NCBI RefSeq assembly: GCF_009914755.1
Contig: NC_060940.1
Length of the DNA stretch: 64,000 bases
Source of the DNA: the human T2T-CHM13v2.0 reference genome, Homo sapiens
Reading direction: 5' to 3' (one strand)
Position numbers and translations under genes: made by a program. Positions 1 to 15,200 of this stretch are shown in pieces (the first letter of the stretch is position 1; every line of letters begins with the position of its first letter). The notes beneath the pieces were generated by a model. The model was not told where the DNA came from. It searched no databases and was given only the letters and a program-made list of their open reading frames with translations.

Positions 1-3000
1 TTTAATGAATCCATTGGTTTCAATTCTATGATGATTACATTGGATTCCATTCGTTGATGATTTCATTCGGTTCCATTCAATGATGATTCCATTCAATTCC
101 TTTCAATGTTTCCATTCAATTCCATACGATGATGATTCCATTTGATTTGATTCGACAGTGAGCCATTCGATTCAATTCCATGATGATTCTATTTGATTCA
201 ATTGGTGGACATTTCCATTCGATTCCATTCGATGATGATTCCCTTTGATTCCGTTCAAAGATGATTCCATTCTAGCCCATTCAATCATTCCATTCGATTC
301 TATTCAATGATGATTCCATTCATGTCGATTTGGTGATTCCATTTGACTTCATTTGATGATGATTCCTTTCAAGTTCATTAGATGATTCCATTCGATTCCA
401 TTTGATGATGATCCCATTCGAGTCCATTCAGTGATTCCATTCGTTTCCATTCCATGATGATTCCATTCCTTTCCATTCAATGATTTCATTCGATTCCGTT
501 TGATGATGATTTCATTCGAGTCCATTTGATGATTCCATTTGATTCCATTCGATGATGATTCCATTCGAGTCCATTCGATGATTCTATTCGAATCCATTTG
601 ATGATTTCTTTTGATTATATTTGGTGATGATTCCATTGGAGTCCATTCAATGATTCCATTCTATTCCAATCGATGATGATTCCATTAGAGTCCATTTAAT
701 GATTCCATTTGATTCCAGTCTCTGATGATTACATTCGAGTCCATACGATGATTCCACTCAATTCCATATGATGATGATTCCATTTGATTCCATTCGGTGA
801 TTCCGTTCTATTCTATTCAATGGTGATTCCATTCGAGTACATTAGATGATTCCATTCGATTCCATTCAATGATGATTCTATTTGTGTCCCTTAGATGATT
901 CCACATGATTCCATTAGATGATGATACTATTTGAGCCCATCCAATGATTCCCTTCGATTCCATTCGATGAGGATTCCATTCGATTCAATTCATTGGTGAT
1001 TCTATTCAATTCAATTCTTTGATTCCATTCCATTCCATTCGACAATGATTCCATTCGATTTCTTTCGATGATTCCACTCGATTCCACTTGACATTGATTC
1101 CATTCGATTCCATTCAATGATTCCATTTGATTCCAGTGGATGATGATTGCCATCGATTCCATTCGATCACTCCATTCTATTCCATTTGATGATGATTACA
1201 TTCGATTCCATTTGATGATTCCATCTGATTCTATTCGAGGATTCCATTTGATTCCATTCGATGATGATTCCATTCGAGTCCATTCGATGATTTCATTCGA
1301 GTACATCCAATGATTCCATTCGAGTCCATTAGATGATTCCATTTGATTCCATTTGAAAATGATTCTACTAGAGTCCATTCAATGACTCCATTCGAGTCCA
1401 TTCAACAATTCCATTCGACTCCATTCGATGATTCCATTCGATTCCATTTGATGGTTCCATTCGAGTCCATTTAATCATTACAGTCGAGTCCATTTGGTGA
1501 TTCCACTGGATTTCTTTTGATAATGATACCATTCAATTACATTTGATGATGATCCCATTCAATTTCATTTGATGATGATTCCATTAGAGTCCATTCGATG
1601 ATTTCATTCGAGTCCCTTCATTGATTCCATCCGATTTCATTGGATGATGACTCCATTCGAGTCCATTCGATGATTCCACTCGATTCCATTAGATGACTCC
1701 ATTGGAGTCCATTTGATTGTTCCATTCGATTCCATTCGATTCCTTTCGAAGATTATTCCATTTGAGTCCATTCGATGATGATTCCATTCCATTCCATTCG
1801 ATGATTCCGTTTGATTCCATTCGATGATTCCCTTCGATTCCTTTCTTTGATGATTCCATTCCATTCCATTCAATGATTCCATTCGAATCTATTCCATGAT
1901 GATTCCTTTCGATTCCATTCGCTGATGTTTCCGTTCAATTCCATTCGATGATGATTCCATTCGATTCCATTCATTGAGGATTCCATTTGATTCCATTCAA
2001 TGATGATTCCATTCTATTCCATTCAATGATTGCATTCAATTCCATTCAATGATTATCCCCTTAGAGTAAACTCAACGATTCCATTCAATACCATTCGATG
2101 ATGATTCCTTTTGAGTCCATTCAATGATTTCATTCAAGTCCATTTGATGATTCCTTTCAATTCCATTCTATGATGATTCCATTCGAGTCCATTCGATGAT
2201 TCTATTCGATTGCATTCGATGATTCCATTATATTCCAGTCAACGATGATTCCATTCGAGTCCATTCGATGATTCCATTAGAGTACATTTAATGATTGCTT
2301 TGTTTTCAATTCGAAGATGATTACATTGGATTCCATTCTATGATACCATTCGATTCCATTCAATGATGATTCCACTCAAATCCATTGGATGATTCCATTC
2401 GTGTCCATTCGGTGATTTCATTAGATTCCATTCGAGGATGATTCCATTCGATTCCATTCGATGATTCCATTCAATTCCATTCGATGATGATTCCATTCCA
2501 GTCCATATGATCATTCCATTTGATTTCATTCGATGATGATTCCATTCGATTCGATTTGACGATTCCATTCTATTCCATTCGATGATGATTCCATTCGAGT
2601 CCATTCGATCATTCCATTCGAGTCCATTTAATGATTCCATTGGGTTCAATTCAATGATGATTACATTGGATTCCGTTCTATGATTCCATTCAATTCCGTT
2701 CATTGACAATTTGATTCCATTCGATGATGATTCCATTTGAGTTCATTCGATGATTCTATTCGATTCTCTTCGATGGTGATTCAATTCTATTATATTGGAT
2801 GATTCCATTCGATTCCATTTGATGTTGATTCAATTCGATTCTATTCGATGATGATTCCATTGGATTTCACTTGATGATTCTATTCGATTCCATTCAATGA
2901 TGATTCACTTCTCGTCCATTGGATGATTCCATTTCATTCCATTCGATGATGATTCCATTCGATTCCATTCGATGATTCCATTTGATTCCATGCGACGGTG

Positions 3001-6000
3001 AGCAATTCGATTCAATTCCATGATGATTCTATTTGATTCAATTAGATGATGTTTCCATTCGAATCCATTCCATGATTATTCCATTGGAATCCATTCGGCG
3101 ATGATTCCATATGAGTCAATTCAATGATGATTCCATATGGGTCCGTTCGATGATAATTCCATTTGATTTCATTCGATGCTTCTATTCTATTCCAGTCGAT
3201 GATGATTCCGTTGGAGTCCATACGATGATTCCATTTGATTTCATTTGATGATGATTCCATTCGATGATGATTACATTGGATTCCATTCTATGATTCCATT
3301 CAATTCCATTCGTTGATGATTCGATTCCATTCAATGATGATTCCATTTGAGTTCATTCGATGATTCTATTCGATTCCGTTCGATGGTGATTCAATTCTAT
3401 TCTATTGGATGATTCCACTCGATTCCATTTGATGATTATTCCATTGGAGTCCACTTAGTGAATCCTTTAGATTCTACTCGACGATGATTCCATTCGAGTC
3501 CATTCGATGATACCATTCAATTCCATTCGTTGATGCTTCCATTCAAGTGCATTCGATGATATCATTCGATTCCATTTGATGATAATTCCATTTGATTCCA
3601 TGCGATGATTCTATTCGATTCCATTCAATGATAATTCCATTCAATTCAGTGATTCCTCTGGACTCCATTTGATGATGATTCCATTCAATGATTCCATTCG
3701 ATTCTATTCGAAAATGATTCCATTTGAATCCATTTGATGATGATTCCATTAGATTCCATTTGATGATTCCATTCGATTCCATTCGGCGATGATTCCATTC
3801 GATTCCGTTTGATGATTCCATTCTATTCTATTCGATGATGATTCCATTCGATTCCATTCGATGATGATTGCATTCGATTCCATTTGATGATTTCATTTGA
3901 TTCCATTCGTTAATGATTTCGATCAATTCCATTCGATGATTCCATTCGATTCCATTCGATAATGATTACATCCGAGTCCATTCGATGATTCCCTTTGAGC
4001 CTGTTCGATAATTCCATTTGAGTCCAACCAATGATTCCATTCATTTCCATTCAATGATTCCATTCGAGTCCATTTGATCATTCCGGTAGGGTCCATTCGA
4101 TGTTGATTCCATTGGAGTGCATTCGATGATTCCATTCGAGTCCATTTTAGGATTTGATTCGAGTCCTTTCGATGATTCCATTCGATTCCACTCGATGATG
4201 ATTTCATTCGAGTCCATTCGACACTTCCAATCGATTCCATTTGATGATTCCATTCGAGTCCAATTGATGATTCCATTCAATTCCATTCGATGATGATTCC
4301 GTACGATTCCATTCTGTGATGATTCCATGTGATTGCATTCAATGATGATTCCTTTCGATTGCATTCGATTATGATTCATTTCGTGTTCATTCTATGGTTC
4401 CACAGGTTTCCATTCGTGTCCATTCCATTATTCCATTCTATTCCATTTGATGATGATTCCATTCGATTCCATTCATTGGTGATTCCACTCAATTCCATTC
4501 AATGATTCCATTCCATTTCTTTCAACAATGATTCCATTAGTTTCTAATCGATGATCCACTTGATTCCATTTGACGACGATTCCATTCTTGTCCATTCGAT
4601 GATTCCATTTGATTCCATATGATGATGATTCCATTCGATTCCATACCATGATGATTCCATTCGAGTCCATTCAATGGTGATTCCATTCAATTCCATTCGA
4701 TGATTCCTTTTGATTCCATTCGATGATGATGGCATTCGATTCCTTTCGATCATTCCCTTTGATTCCATTCAAAGGTGATTTCATTCAAGTCCATTCGATA
4801 ATTGCATTCGATTCCATTCTATGATGATTCCATTCGAGTCCATTTGATGATTCCATTCAATTCAAGTCAATGATGATTCCATTCGATTCCATTCGATGAT
4901 TCCATTGGATTCCATTCGATGATGATTCCATTCAAATCCATTCGATAATTCAATTCAAGTCCATTCGATGATGATTCCAATCGAATCCATTCAAAGATTC
5001 CATTCAGTTCCATTCGATGATTCCCTTAGATTCCATTCGATGATTCCACTTGATTGCATTTACGATGATTCCATTCGATTCCATGTGATGATTCCATTCA
5101 ATTCTATTCAATGATGTCTCCATTTGATTCCATTCGACCATGATTGCCTTTGATTCCATTCAATGATTCCATTCGGTTCCGTTTGATGATGATTCCGTTC
5201 GATTCCATTTGATGATTCCATTTGATTCCATTGGATGAGTCCATTCGATTCCATTCGATGATTATTCCATTCGAGTGCATTAGATGATTCCATTCGAGTC
5301 CATTCGATGATTCCATTCGATTCCATTCGATGTTGATTCTGTTCAAATCCATTCGATGATTCCACTCGATTCCATTCGTTGACTCCATTTGATCCCATTC
5401 GATGATTTCCTTTGATTCCCTTTGATGATCATTCCATTTGATTCAATTCGGTGATTTCATTTGATTCCATTCAGTGATGTTTCCATTCGACTCCATTCGA
5501 TGATGATTCCATTCGACTCCATTCGATTATGATTTCATTCAATTCCATTCGATAATGATTCCCTTCGAGTCCATTCGATGATTCCATTCGATTCCATTCA
5601 ACGATGATTTGATTCGTGTCCATTCGATGATTCCATTTGATTCCACTTGATGATGATTCCATTCGAGTCCATTTGATGATTCCATTCAATTCCATACTCC
5701 GATGATTTCTTTTGAGCCCACTCAATGCTTCCACTCGATTCCATATGATGATGACTCCATTCGATGAAATTCGATGATGATTCCATTCGCTTGCTTTCGA
5801 TGATGATTCCACTTGAGTCCGTTAGAAGATTCTATTCAATTACATTCCATGACGATTCCGTTCGAGTCCATTTGATGATTCCATTAGACTCCATTCGACG
5901 ATGATTCCATTCGATGTTATTCGATGATTCCATTCGATCTCATTCGATGATGATTCCATTCAACTCCATTCGATGTTTCCATTCGAGTTCATTCTATTAT

Positions 6001-6112
6001 TCCATTAGATTCCATTCGATGATGATTCCATTCGATTCCATTTGATGATTGCATTCTATTTCATTTGATGATGATTCCATTCGAGTCCACTCGATGATTC
6101 CATTCGAGTCCA
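1..6112 (+). repeat. HSat2 unit 1 (6112 bp, used as reference phase)
   Basis: Starts TTTAATGAATCCATTGGTTTC; the same string recurs at 6113. Confidence 0.95.
3034..3044 (-). promoter_or_regulatory. Candidate DUX4 binding motif (TAATTGAATCA on the minus strand), repeated in each unit
   Basis: The + strand reads TGATTCAATTA; its reverse complement fits the TAAYBBAATCA consensus. DUX4 is known to bind HSATII and induce its transcription. Occupancy at this site is not shown. Confidence 0.45.
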
Positions 6113-9100
6113 TTTAATGAATCCATTGGTTTCAATTCTATGATGATTACATTGGATTCCATTCGTTGATGATTTCATTCGGTTCCATTCAATGATGATT
6201 CCATTCAATTCCTTTCAATGTTTCCATTCAATTCCATACGATGATGATTCCATTTGATTTGATTCGACAGTGAGCCATTCGATTCAATTCCATGATGATT
6301 CTATTTGATTCAATTGGTGGACATTTCCATTCGATTCCATTCGATGATGATTCCCTTTGATTCCGTTCAAAGATGATTCCATTCTAGCCCATTCAATCAT
6401 TCCATTCGATTCTATTCAATGATGATTCCATTCATGTCGATTTGGTGATTCCATTTGACTTCATTTGATGATGATTCCTTTCAAGTTCATTAGATGATTC
6501 CATTCGATTCCATTTGATGATGATCCCATTCGAGTCCATTCAGTGATTCCATTCGTTTCCATTCCATGATGATTCCATTCCTTTCCATTCAATGATTCCA
6601 TTCGATTCCGTTTGATGATGATTTCATTCGAGTCCATTTGATGATTCCATTTGATTCCATTCGATGATGATTCCATTCGAGTCCATTCGATGATTCTATT
6701 CGAATCCATTTGATGATTTCTTTTGATTATATTTGGTGATGATTCCATTGGAGTCCATTCAATGATTCCATTCTATTACAATCGATGATGATTCCATTAG
6801 AGTCCATTTAATGATTCCATTTGATTCCAGTCTCTGATGATTACATTCGAGTCCATACGATGATTCCACTCAATTCCATATGATGATGATTCCATTTGAT
6901 TCCATTCGGTGATTCCATTCTATTCTATTCAATGGTGATTCCATTCGAGTACATTAGATGATTCCATTCGATTCCATTCAATGATGATTCTATTTGTGTC
7001 CCTTAGATGATTCCACATGATTCCATTAGATGATGATACTATTTGAGCCCATCCAATGATTCCCTTCGATTCCATTCGATGAGGATTCCATTCGATTCAA
7101 TTCATTGGTGATTCTATTCAATTCAATTCTTTGATTCCATTCCATTCCATTCGACAATGATTCCATTCGATTTCTTTCAATGATTCCACTCCATTCCACT
7201 TGACATTGATTCCATTCGATTCCATTCAATGATTCCATTTGATTCCAGTGGATGATGATTGCCATCGATTCCATTCGATCACTCCATTCTATTCCATTTG
7301 ATGATGATTACATTCGATTCCATTTGATGATTCCATCTGATTCTATTCGAGGATTCCATTTGATTCCATTCGATGATGATTCCATTCGAGTCCATTCGAT
7401 GATTTCATTCGAGTACATCCAATGATTCCATTCGAGTCCATTAGATGATTCCATTTGATTCCATTTGAAAATGATTCTACTAGAGTCCATTCAATGACTC
7501 CATTCGAGTCCATTCAACAATTCCATTCGACTCCATTCGATGATTCCATTCGATTCCATTTGATGGTTCCATTCGAGTCCATTTAATCATTACAGTCGAG
7601 TCCATTTGGTGATTCCACTGGATTTCTTTTGATAATGATACCATTCAATTACATTTGATGATGATCCCATTCAATTTCATTTGATGATGATTCCATTAGA
7701 GTCCATTCGATGATTTCATTCGAGTCCCTTCATTGATTCCATCCGATTTCATTGGATGATGACTCCATTCGAGTCCATTGGATGATTCCACTCGATTCCA
7801 TTAGATGACTCCATTGGAGTCCATTTGATTGTTCCATTCGATTCCATTCGATTCCTTTCGAAGATTATTCCATTTGAGTCCATTCGATGATGATTCCATT
7901 CCATTCCATTCGATGATTCCGTTTGATTCCATTCGATGATTCCCTTCGATTCCTTTCTGTGATGATTCCATTCCATTCCATTCAATGATTCCATTCGAAT
8001 CTATTCCATGATGATTCCTTTCGATTCCATTCGCTGATGTTTCCGTTCAATTCCATTCGATGATGATTCCATTCGATTCCATTCATTGAGGATTCCATTT
8101 GATTCCATTCAATGATGATTCCATTCTATTCCATTCAATGATTGCATTCAATTCCATTCAATGATTATCCCCTTAGAGTAAACTCAACGATTCCATTCAA
8201 TACCATTCGATGATGATTCCTTTTGAGTCCATTCAATGATTTCATTCAAGTCCATTTGATGATTCCTTTCAATTCCATTCTATGATGATTCCATTCGAGT
8301 CCATTCGATGATTCCATTCGATTGCATTCGATGATTCCATTATATTCCATTCAACGGTGATTCCATTCGAGTCCATTCCATGATTCCATTAGAGTACATT
8401 TAATGATTGCTTTGTTTTCAATTCGAAGATGATTACATTGGATTCCATTCTATGATACCATTCGATTCCATTCAATGATGATTCCACTCAAATCCATTGG
8501 ATGACTCCATTCGTGTCCATTCGGTGATTTCATTAGATTCCATTCGAGGATGATTCCATTCGATTCCATTCGATGATTCCATTCAATTCCATTCGATGAT
8601 GATTCCATTCCAGTCCATATGATCATTCCATTTGATTTCATTCGATGATGATTCCATTCGATTCGATTCGACGATTCCATTCTATTCCATTCGTTGATGA
8701 TTCCACTCGAGTCCATTCGATGATTCCATTCGAGTCCATTTAATGATTCCATTGGGTTCAATTCAATGATGATTACATTGGATTCCGTTCTATGATTCCA
8801 TTCAATTCCGTTCATTGACAATTTGATTCCATTCGATGATGATTCCATTTGAGTTCATTCGATGATTCTATTCGATTCTCTTCGATGGTGATTCAATTCT
8901 ATTATATTGGATGATTCCATTCGATTCCATTTGATGTTGATTCAATTCGATTCTATTCGATGATGATTCCATTGGATTTCACTTGATGATTCTATTCGAT
9001 TCCATTCAATGATGATTCACTTCTCGTCCATTGGATGATTCCATTTCATTCCATTCGATGATGATTCCATTCGATTCCATTCGATGATTCCATTTGATTC

Positions 9101-12100
9101 CATGCGACGGTGAGCAATTCGATTCAATTCCATGATGATTCTATTTGATTCAATTAGATGATGTTTCCATTCGAATCCATTCCATGATTATTCCATTGGA
9201 ATCCATTCGGCGATGATTCCATATGAGTCAATTCAATGATGATTCCATATGGGTCCGTTCGATGATAATTCCATTTGATTTCATTCGATGCTTCTATTCT
9301 ATTCCAGTCGATGATGATTCCGTTGGAGTCCATACGATGATTCCATTTGATTTCATTTGATGATGATTCCATTCGATGATGATTACATTGGATTCCATTC
9401 TATGATTCCATTCAATTCCATTCGTTGATGATTCGATTCCATTCAATGATGATTCCATTTGAGTTCATTCGATGATTCTATTCGATTCCGTTCGATGGTG
9501 ATTCAATTCTATTATATTGGATGATTCCACTCGATTCCATTTGATGATTATTCCATTGGAGTCCACTTAGTGAATCCTTTAGATTCTACTCGACGATGAT
9601 TCCATTCGAGTCCATTCGATGATACCATTCAATTCCATTCGTTGATGCTTCCATTCAAGTGCATTCGATGATATCATTCGATTCCATTTGATGATAATTC
9701 CATTTGATTCCATGCGATGATTCTATTCGATTCCATTCAATGATAATTCCATTCAATTCAGTGATTCCTCTGGACTCCATTTGATGATGATTCCATTCAA
9801 TGATTCCATTCGATTCTATTCGAAAATGATTCCATTTGAATCCATTTGATGATGATTCCATTGGATTCCATTTGATGATTCCATTCGATTCCATTCGGCG
9901 ATGATTCCATTCGATTCCGTTTGATGATTCCATTCTATTCTATTCGATGATGATTCCATTCGATTCCATTCGATGATGATTGGATTCGATTCCATTTGAT
10001 GATTTCATTTGATTCCATTCGTTAATGATTTCGATCAATTCCATTCGATGATTCCATTCGATTCCATTCGATAATGATTACATCCGAGTCCATTCGATGA
10101 TTCCCTTTGAGCCTGTTCGATAATTCCATTTGAGTCCAACCAATGATTCCATTCATTTCCATTCAATGATTCCATTCGAGTCCATTTGATCATTCCGGTA
10201 GGGTCCATTCGATGTTGATTCCATTGGAGTGCATTCGATGATTCCATTCGAGTCCATTTTAGGATTTGATTCGAGTCCTTTCGATGATTCCATTCGATTC
10301 CACTCGATGATGATTTCATTCGAGTCCATTCGACACTTCCAATCGATTCCATTTGATGATTCCATTCGAGTCCAATTGATGATTCCATTCAATTCCATTC
10401 GATGATGATTCCGTACGATTCCATTCTGTGATGATTCCATGTGATTGCATTCAATGATGATTCCTTTCGATTGCATTCGATTATGATTCATTTCGTGTTC
10501 ATTCTATGGTTCCACAGGTTTCCATTCGTGTCCATTCCATTATTCCATTCTATTCCATTTGATGATGATTCCATTCGATTCCATTCATTGGTGATTCCAC
10601 TCAATTCCATTCAATGATTCCATTCCATTTCTTTCAACAATGATTCCATTAGTTTCTAATCGATGATCCACTTGATTCCATTTGACGACGATTCCATTCT
10701 TGTCCATTCGATGATTCCATTTGATTCCATATGATGATGATTCCATTCGATTCCATACCATGATGATTCCATTCGAGTCCATTCAATGGTGATTCCATTC
10801 AATTCCATTCGATGATTCCTTTTGATTCCATTCGATGATGATGGCATTCGATTCCTTTCAATCATTCCCTTTGATTCCATTCAAAGGTGATTTCATTCAA
10901 GTCCATTCGATAATTGCATTCGATTCCATTCTATGATGATTCCATTCGAGTCCATTTGATGATTCCATTCAATTCAAGTCAATGATGATTCCATTCGATT
11001 CCATTCGATGATTCCATTGGATTCCATTCGATGATGATTCCATTCAAATCCATTCGATAATTCAATTCAAGTCCATTCGATGATGATTCCAATCGAATCC
11101 ATTCAAAGATTCCATTCAGTTCCATTCGATGATTCCCTTAGATTCCATTCGATGATTCCACTTGATTGCATTTACGATGATTCCATTCGATTCCATGTGA
11201 TGATTCCATTCAATTCTATTCAATGATGTCTCCATTTGATTCCATTCGACCATGATTGCCTTTGATTCCATTCAATGATTCCATTCGGTTCCGTTTGATG
11301 ATGATTCCGTTCGATTCCATTTGATGATTCCATTTGATTCCATTGGATGAGTCCATTCGATTACATTCGATGATTATTCCATTCGAGTGCATTAGATGAT
11401 TCCATTCGAGTCCATTCGATGATTCCATTCGATTCCATTCGATGTTGATTCTGTTCAAATCCATTCGATGATTCCACTCGATTCCATTCGTTGACTCCAT
11501 TTGATCCCATTCGATGATTTCCTTTGATTCCCTTTGATGATCATTCCATTTGATTCAATTCGGTGATTTCATTTGATTCCATTCAGTGATGTTTCCATTC
11601 GACTCCATTCGATGATGATTCCATTCGACTCCATTCGATTATGATTTCATTCAATTCCATTCGATAATGATTCCCTTCGAGTCCATTCGATGATTCCATT
11701 CGATTCCATTCAACGATGATTTGATTCGTGTCCACTCGATGATTCCATTTGATTCCACTTGATGATGATTCCATTCGAGTCCATTTGATGATTCCATTCA
11801 ATTCCATACTCCGATGATTTCTTTTGAGCCCACTCAATGCTTCCACTCGATTCCATATGATGATGACTCCATTCGATGAAATTCGATGATTATTCCATTC
11901 GCTTGCTTTCGATGATGATTCCACTTGAGTCCGTTAGAAGATTCTATTCAATTACATTCCATGACGATTCCGTTCGAGTCCATTTGATGATTCCATTAGA
12001 CTCCATTCGACGATGATTCCATTCGATGTTATTCGATGATTCCATTCGATCTCATTCGATGATGATTCCATTCAACTCCATTCGATGTTTCCATTCGAGT

Positions 12101-12224
12101 TCATTCTATTATTCCATTAGATTCCATTCGATGATGATTCCATTCGATTCCATTTGATGATTGCATTCTATTTCATTTGATGATGATTCCATTCGAGTCC
12201 ACTCGATGATTCCATTCGAGTCCA
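6113..12224 (+). repeat. HSat2 unit 2 (6112 bp)
   Basis: ORF landmarks are offset +6112 from unit 1 (914->7026, 3543->9655, 5471->11583). Confidence 0.95.
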
Positions 12225-15200
12225 TTTAATGAATCCATTGGTTTCAATTCTATGATGATTACATTGGATTCCATTCGTTGATGATTTCATTCGGTTCCAT
12301 TCAATGATGATTCCATTCAATTCCTTTCAATGTTTCCATTCAATTCCATACGATGATGATTCCATTTGATTTGATTCGACAGTGAGCCATTCGATTCAAT
12401 TCCATGATGATTCTATTTGATTCAATTGGTTGACATTTCCATTCGATTCCATTCGATGATGATTCCCTTTGATTCCGTTCAAAGATGATTCCATTCTAGC
12501 CCATTCAATCATTCCATTCGATTCTATTCAATGATGATTCCATTCATGTCGATTTGGTGATTCCATTTGACTTCATTTGATGATGATTCCTTTCAAGTTC
12601 ATTAGATGATTCCATTCGATTCCATTTGATGATGATCCCATTCGAGTCCATTCAGTGATTCCATTCGTTTCCATTCCATGATGATTCCATTCCTTTCCAT
12701 TCAATGATTCCATTCGATTCCGTTTGATGATGATTTCATTCGAGTCCATTTGATGATTCCATTTGATTCCATTCGATGATGATTCCATTCGAGTCCATTC
12801 GATGATTCTATTCGAATCCATTTGATGATTTCTTTTGATTATAGTTGGTGATGATTCCATTGGAGTCCATTCAATGATTCCATTCTATTCCAATCGATGA
12901 TGATTCCATTAGAGTCCATTTAATGATTCCATTTGATTCCAGTCTCTGATGATTACATTCGAGTCCATACGATGATTCCACTCAATTCCATATGATGATG
13001 ATTCCATTTGATTCCATTCGGTGATTCCATTCTATTCTATTCAATGGTGATTCCATTCGAGTACATTAGATGATTCCATTCGATTCCATTCAATGATGAT
13101 TCTATTTGTGTCCCTTAGATGATTCCACATGATTCCATTAGATGATGATACTATTTGAGCCCATCCAATGATTCCCTTCGATTCCATTCGATGAGGATTC
13201 CATTCGATTCAATTCATTGGTGATTCTATTCAATTCAATTCTTTGATTCCATTCCATTCCATTCGACAATGATTCCATTCGATTTCTTTCGATGATTCCA
13301 CTCGATTCCACTTGACATTGATTCCATTCGATTCCATTCAATGATTCCATTTAATTCCAGTGGATGATGATTGCCATCGATTCCATTCGATCACTCCATT
13401 CTATTCCATTTGATGATGATTACATTCGATTCCATTTGATGATTCCATCTGATTCTATTCGAGGATTCCATTTGATTCCATTCGATGATGATTCCATTCG
13501 AGTCCATTCGATGATTTCATTCGAGTACATCCAATGATTCCATTCGAGTCCATTAGATGATTCCATTTGATTCCATTTGAAAATGATTCTACTAGAGTCC
13601 ATTCAATGACTCCATTCGAGTCCATTCAACAATTCCATTCGACTCCATTCGATGATTCCATTCGATTCCATTTGATGGTTCCATTCGAGTCCATTTAATC
13701 ATTACAGTCGAGTCCATTTGGTGATTCCACTGGATTTCTTTTGATAATGATACCATTCAATTACATTTGATGATGATCCCATTCAATTTCATTTGATGAT
13801 GATTCCATTAGAGTCCATTCGATGATTTCATTCGAGTCCCTTCATTGATTCCATCCGATTTCATTGGATGATGACTCCATTCGAGTCCATTCGATGATTC
13901 CACTCGATTCCATTAGATGACTCCATTGGAGTCCATTTGATTGTTCCATTCGATTCCATTCGATTCCTTTCGAAGATTATTCCATTTGAGTCCATTCGAT
14001 GATGATTCCATTCCATTCCATTCGATGATTCCGTTTGATTCCATTCGATGATTCCCTTCGATTCCTTTCTTTGATGATTCCATTCCATTCCATTCAATGA
14101 TTCCATTCGAATCTATTCCATGATGATTCCTTTCGATTCCATTCGCTGATGTTTCCGTTCAATTCCATTCGATGATGATTCCATTCGATTCCATTCATTG
14201 AGGATTCCATTTGATTCCATTCAATGATGATTCCATTCTTTTCCATTCAATGATTGCATTCAATTCCATTCAATGATTATCCCCTTAGAGTAAACTCAAC
14301 GATTCCATTCAATACCATTCGATGATGATTCCTTTTGAGTCCATTCAATGATTTCATTCAAGTCCATTTGATGATTCCTTTCAATTCCATTCTATGATGA
14401 TTCCATTCGAGTCCATTCGATGATTCCATTCGATTGCATTCGATGATTCCATTATATTCCATTCAACGGTGATTCCATTCGAGTCCATTCCATGATTCCA
14501 TTAGAGTACATTTAATGATTGCTTTGTTTTCAATTCGAAGATGATTACATTGGATTCCATTCTATGATACCATTCGATTCCATTCAATGATGATTCCACT
14601 CAAATCCATTGGATGATTCCATTCGTGTCCATTCGGTGATTTCATTAGATTCCATTCGAGGATGATTCCATTCGATTCCATTCGATGATTCCATTCAATT
14701 CCATTCGATGATGATTCCATTCCAGTCCATATGATCATTCCATTTGATTTCATTCGATGATGATTCCATTCGATTCCATTCGATGATTCCATTCTATTCC
14801 ATTCGATGATGATTCCATTCGAGTCCATTCGATGATTCCATTCGAGTCCATTTAATGATTCCATTGGGTTCAATTCAATGATGATTACATTGGATTCCGT
14901 TCTATGATTCCATTCAATTCCGTTCATTGACAATTTGATTCCATTCGATGATGATTCCATTTGAGTTCATTCGATGATTCTATTCGATTCTCTTCGATGG
15001 TGATTCAATTCTATTATATTGGATGATTCCATTCGATTCCATTTGATGTTGATTCAATTCGATTCTATTCGATGATGATTCCATTGGATTTCACTTGATG
15101 ATTCTATTCGATTCCATTCAATGATGATTCACTTCTCGTCCATTGGATGATTCCATTTCATTCCATTCGATGATGATTCCATTCGATTCCATTCGATGAT

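Noticed and set aside
2054-2076. Non-pentamer-looking islands such as ATCCCCTTAGAGTAAACTCAAC and GGTTCCACAGGTTTCC (~4396)
   Set aside because: They stay in register with the 23/26-bp consensus and are just more mutated sub-repeats present in each unit.
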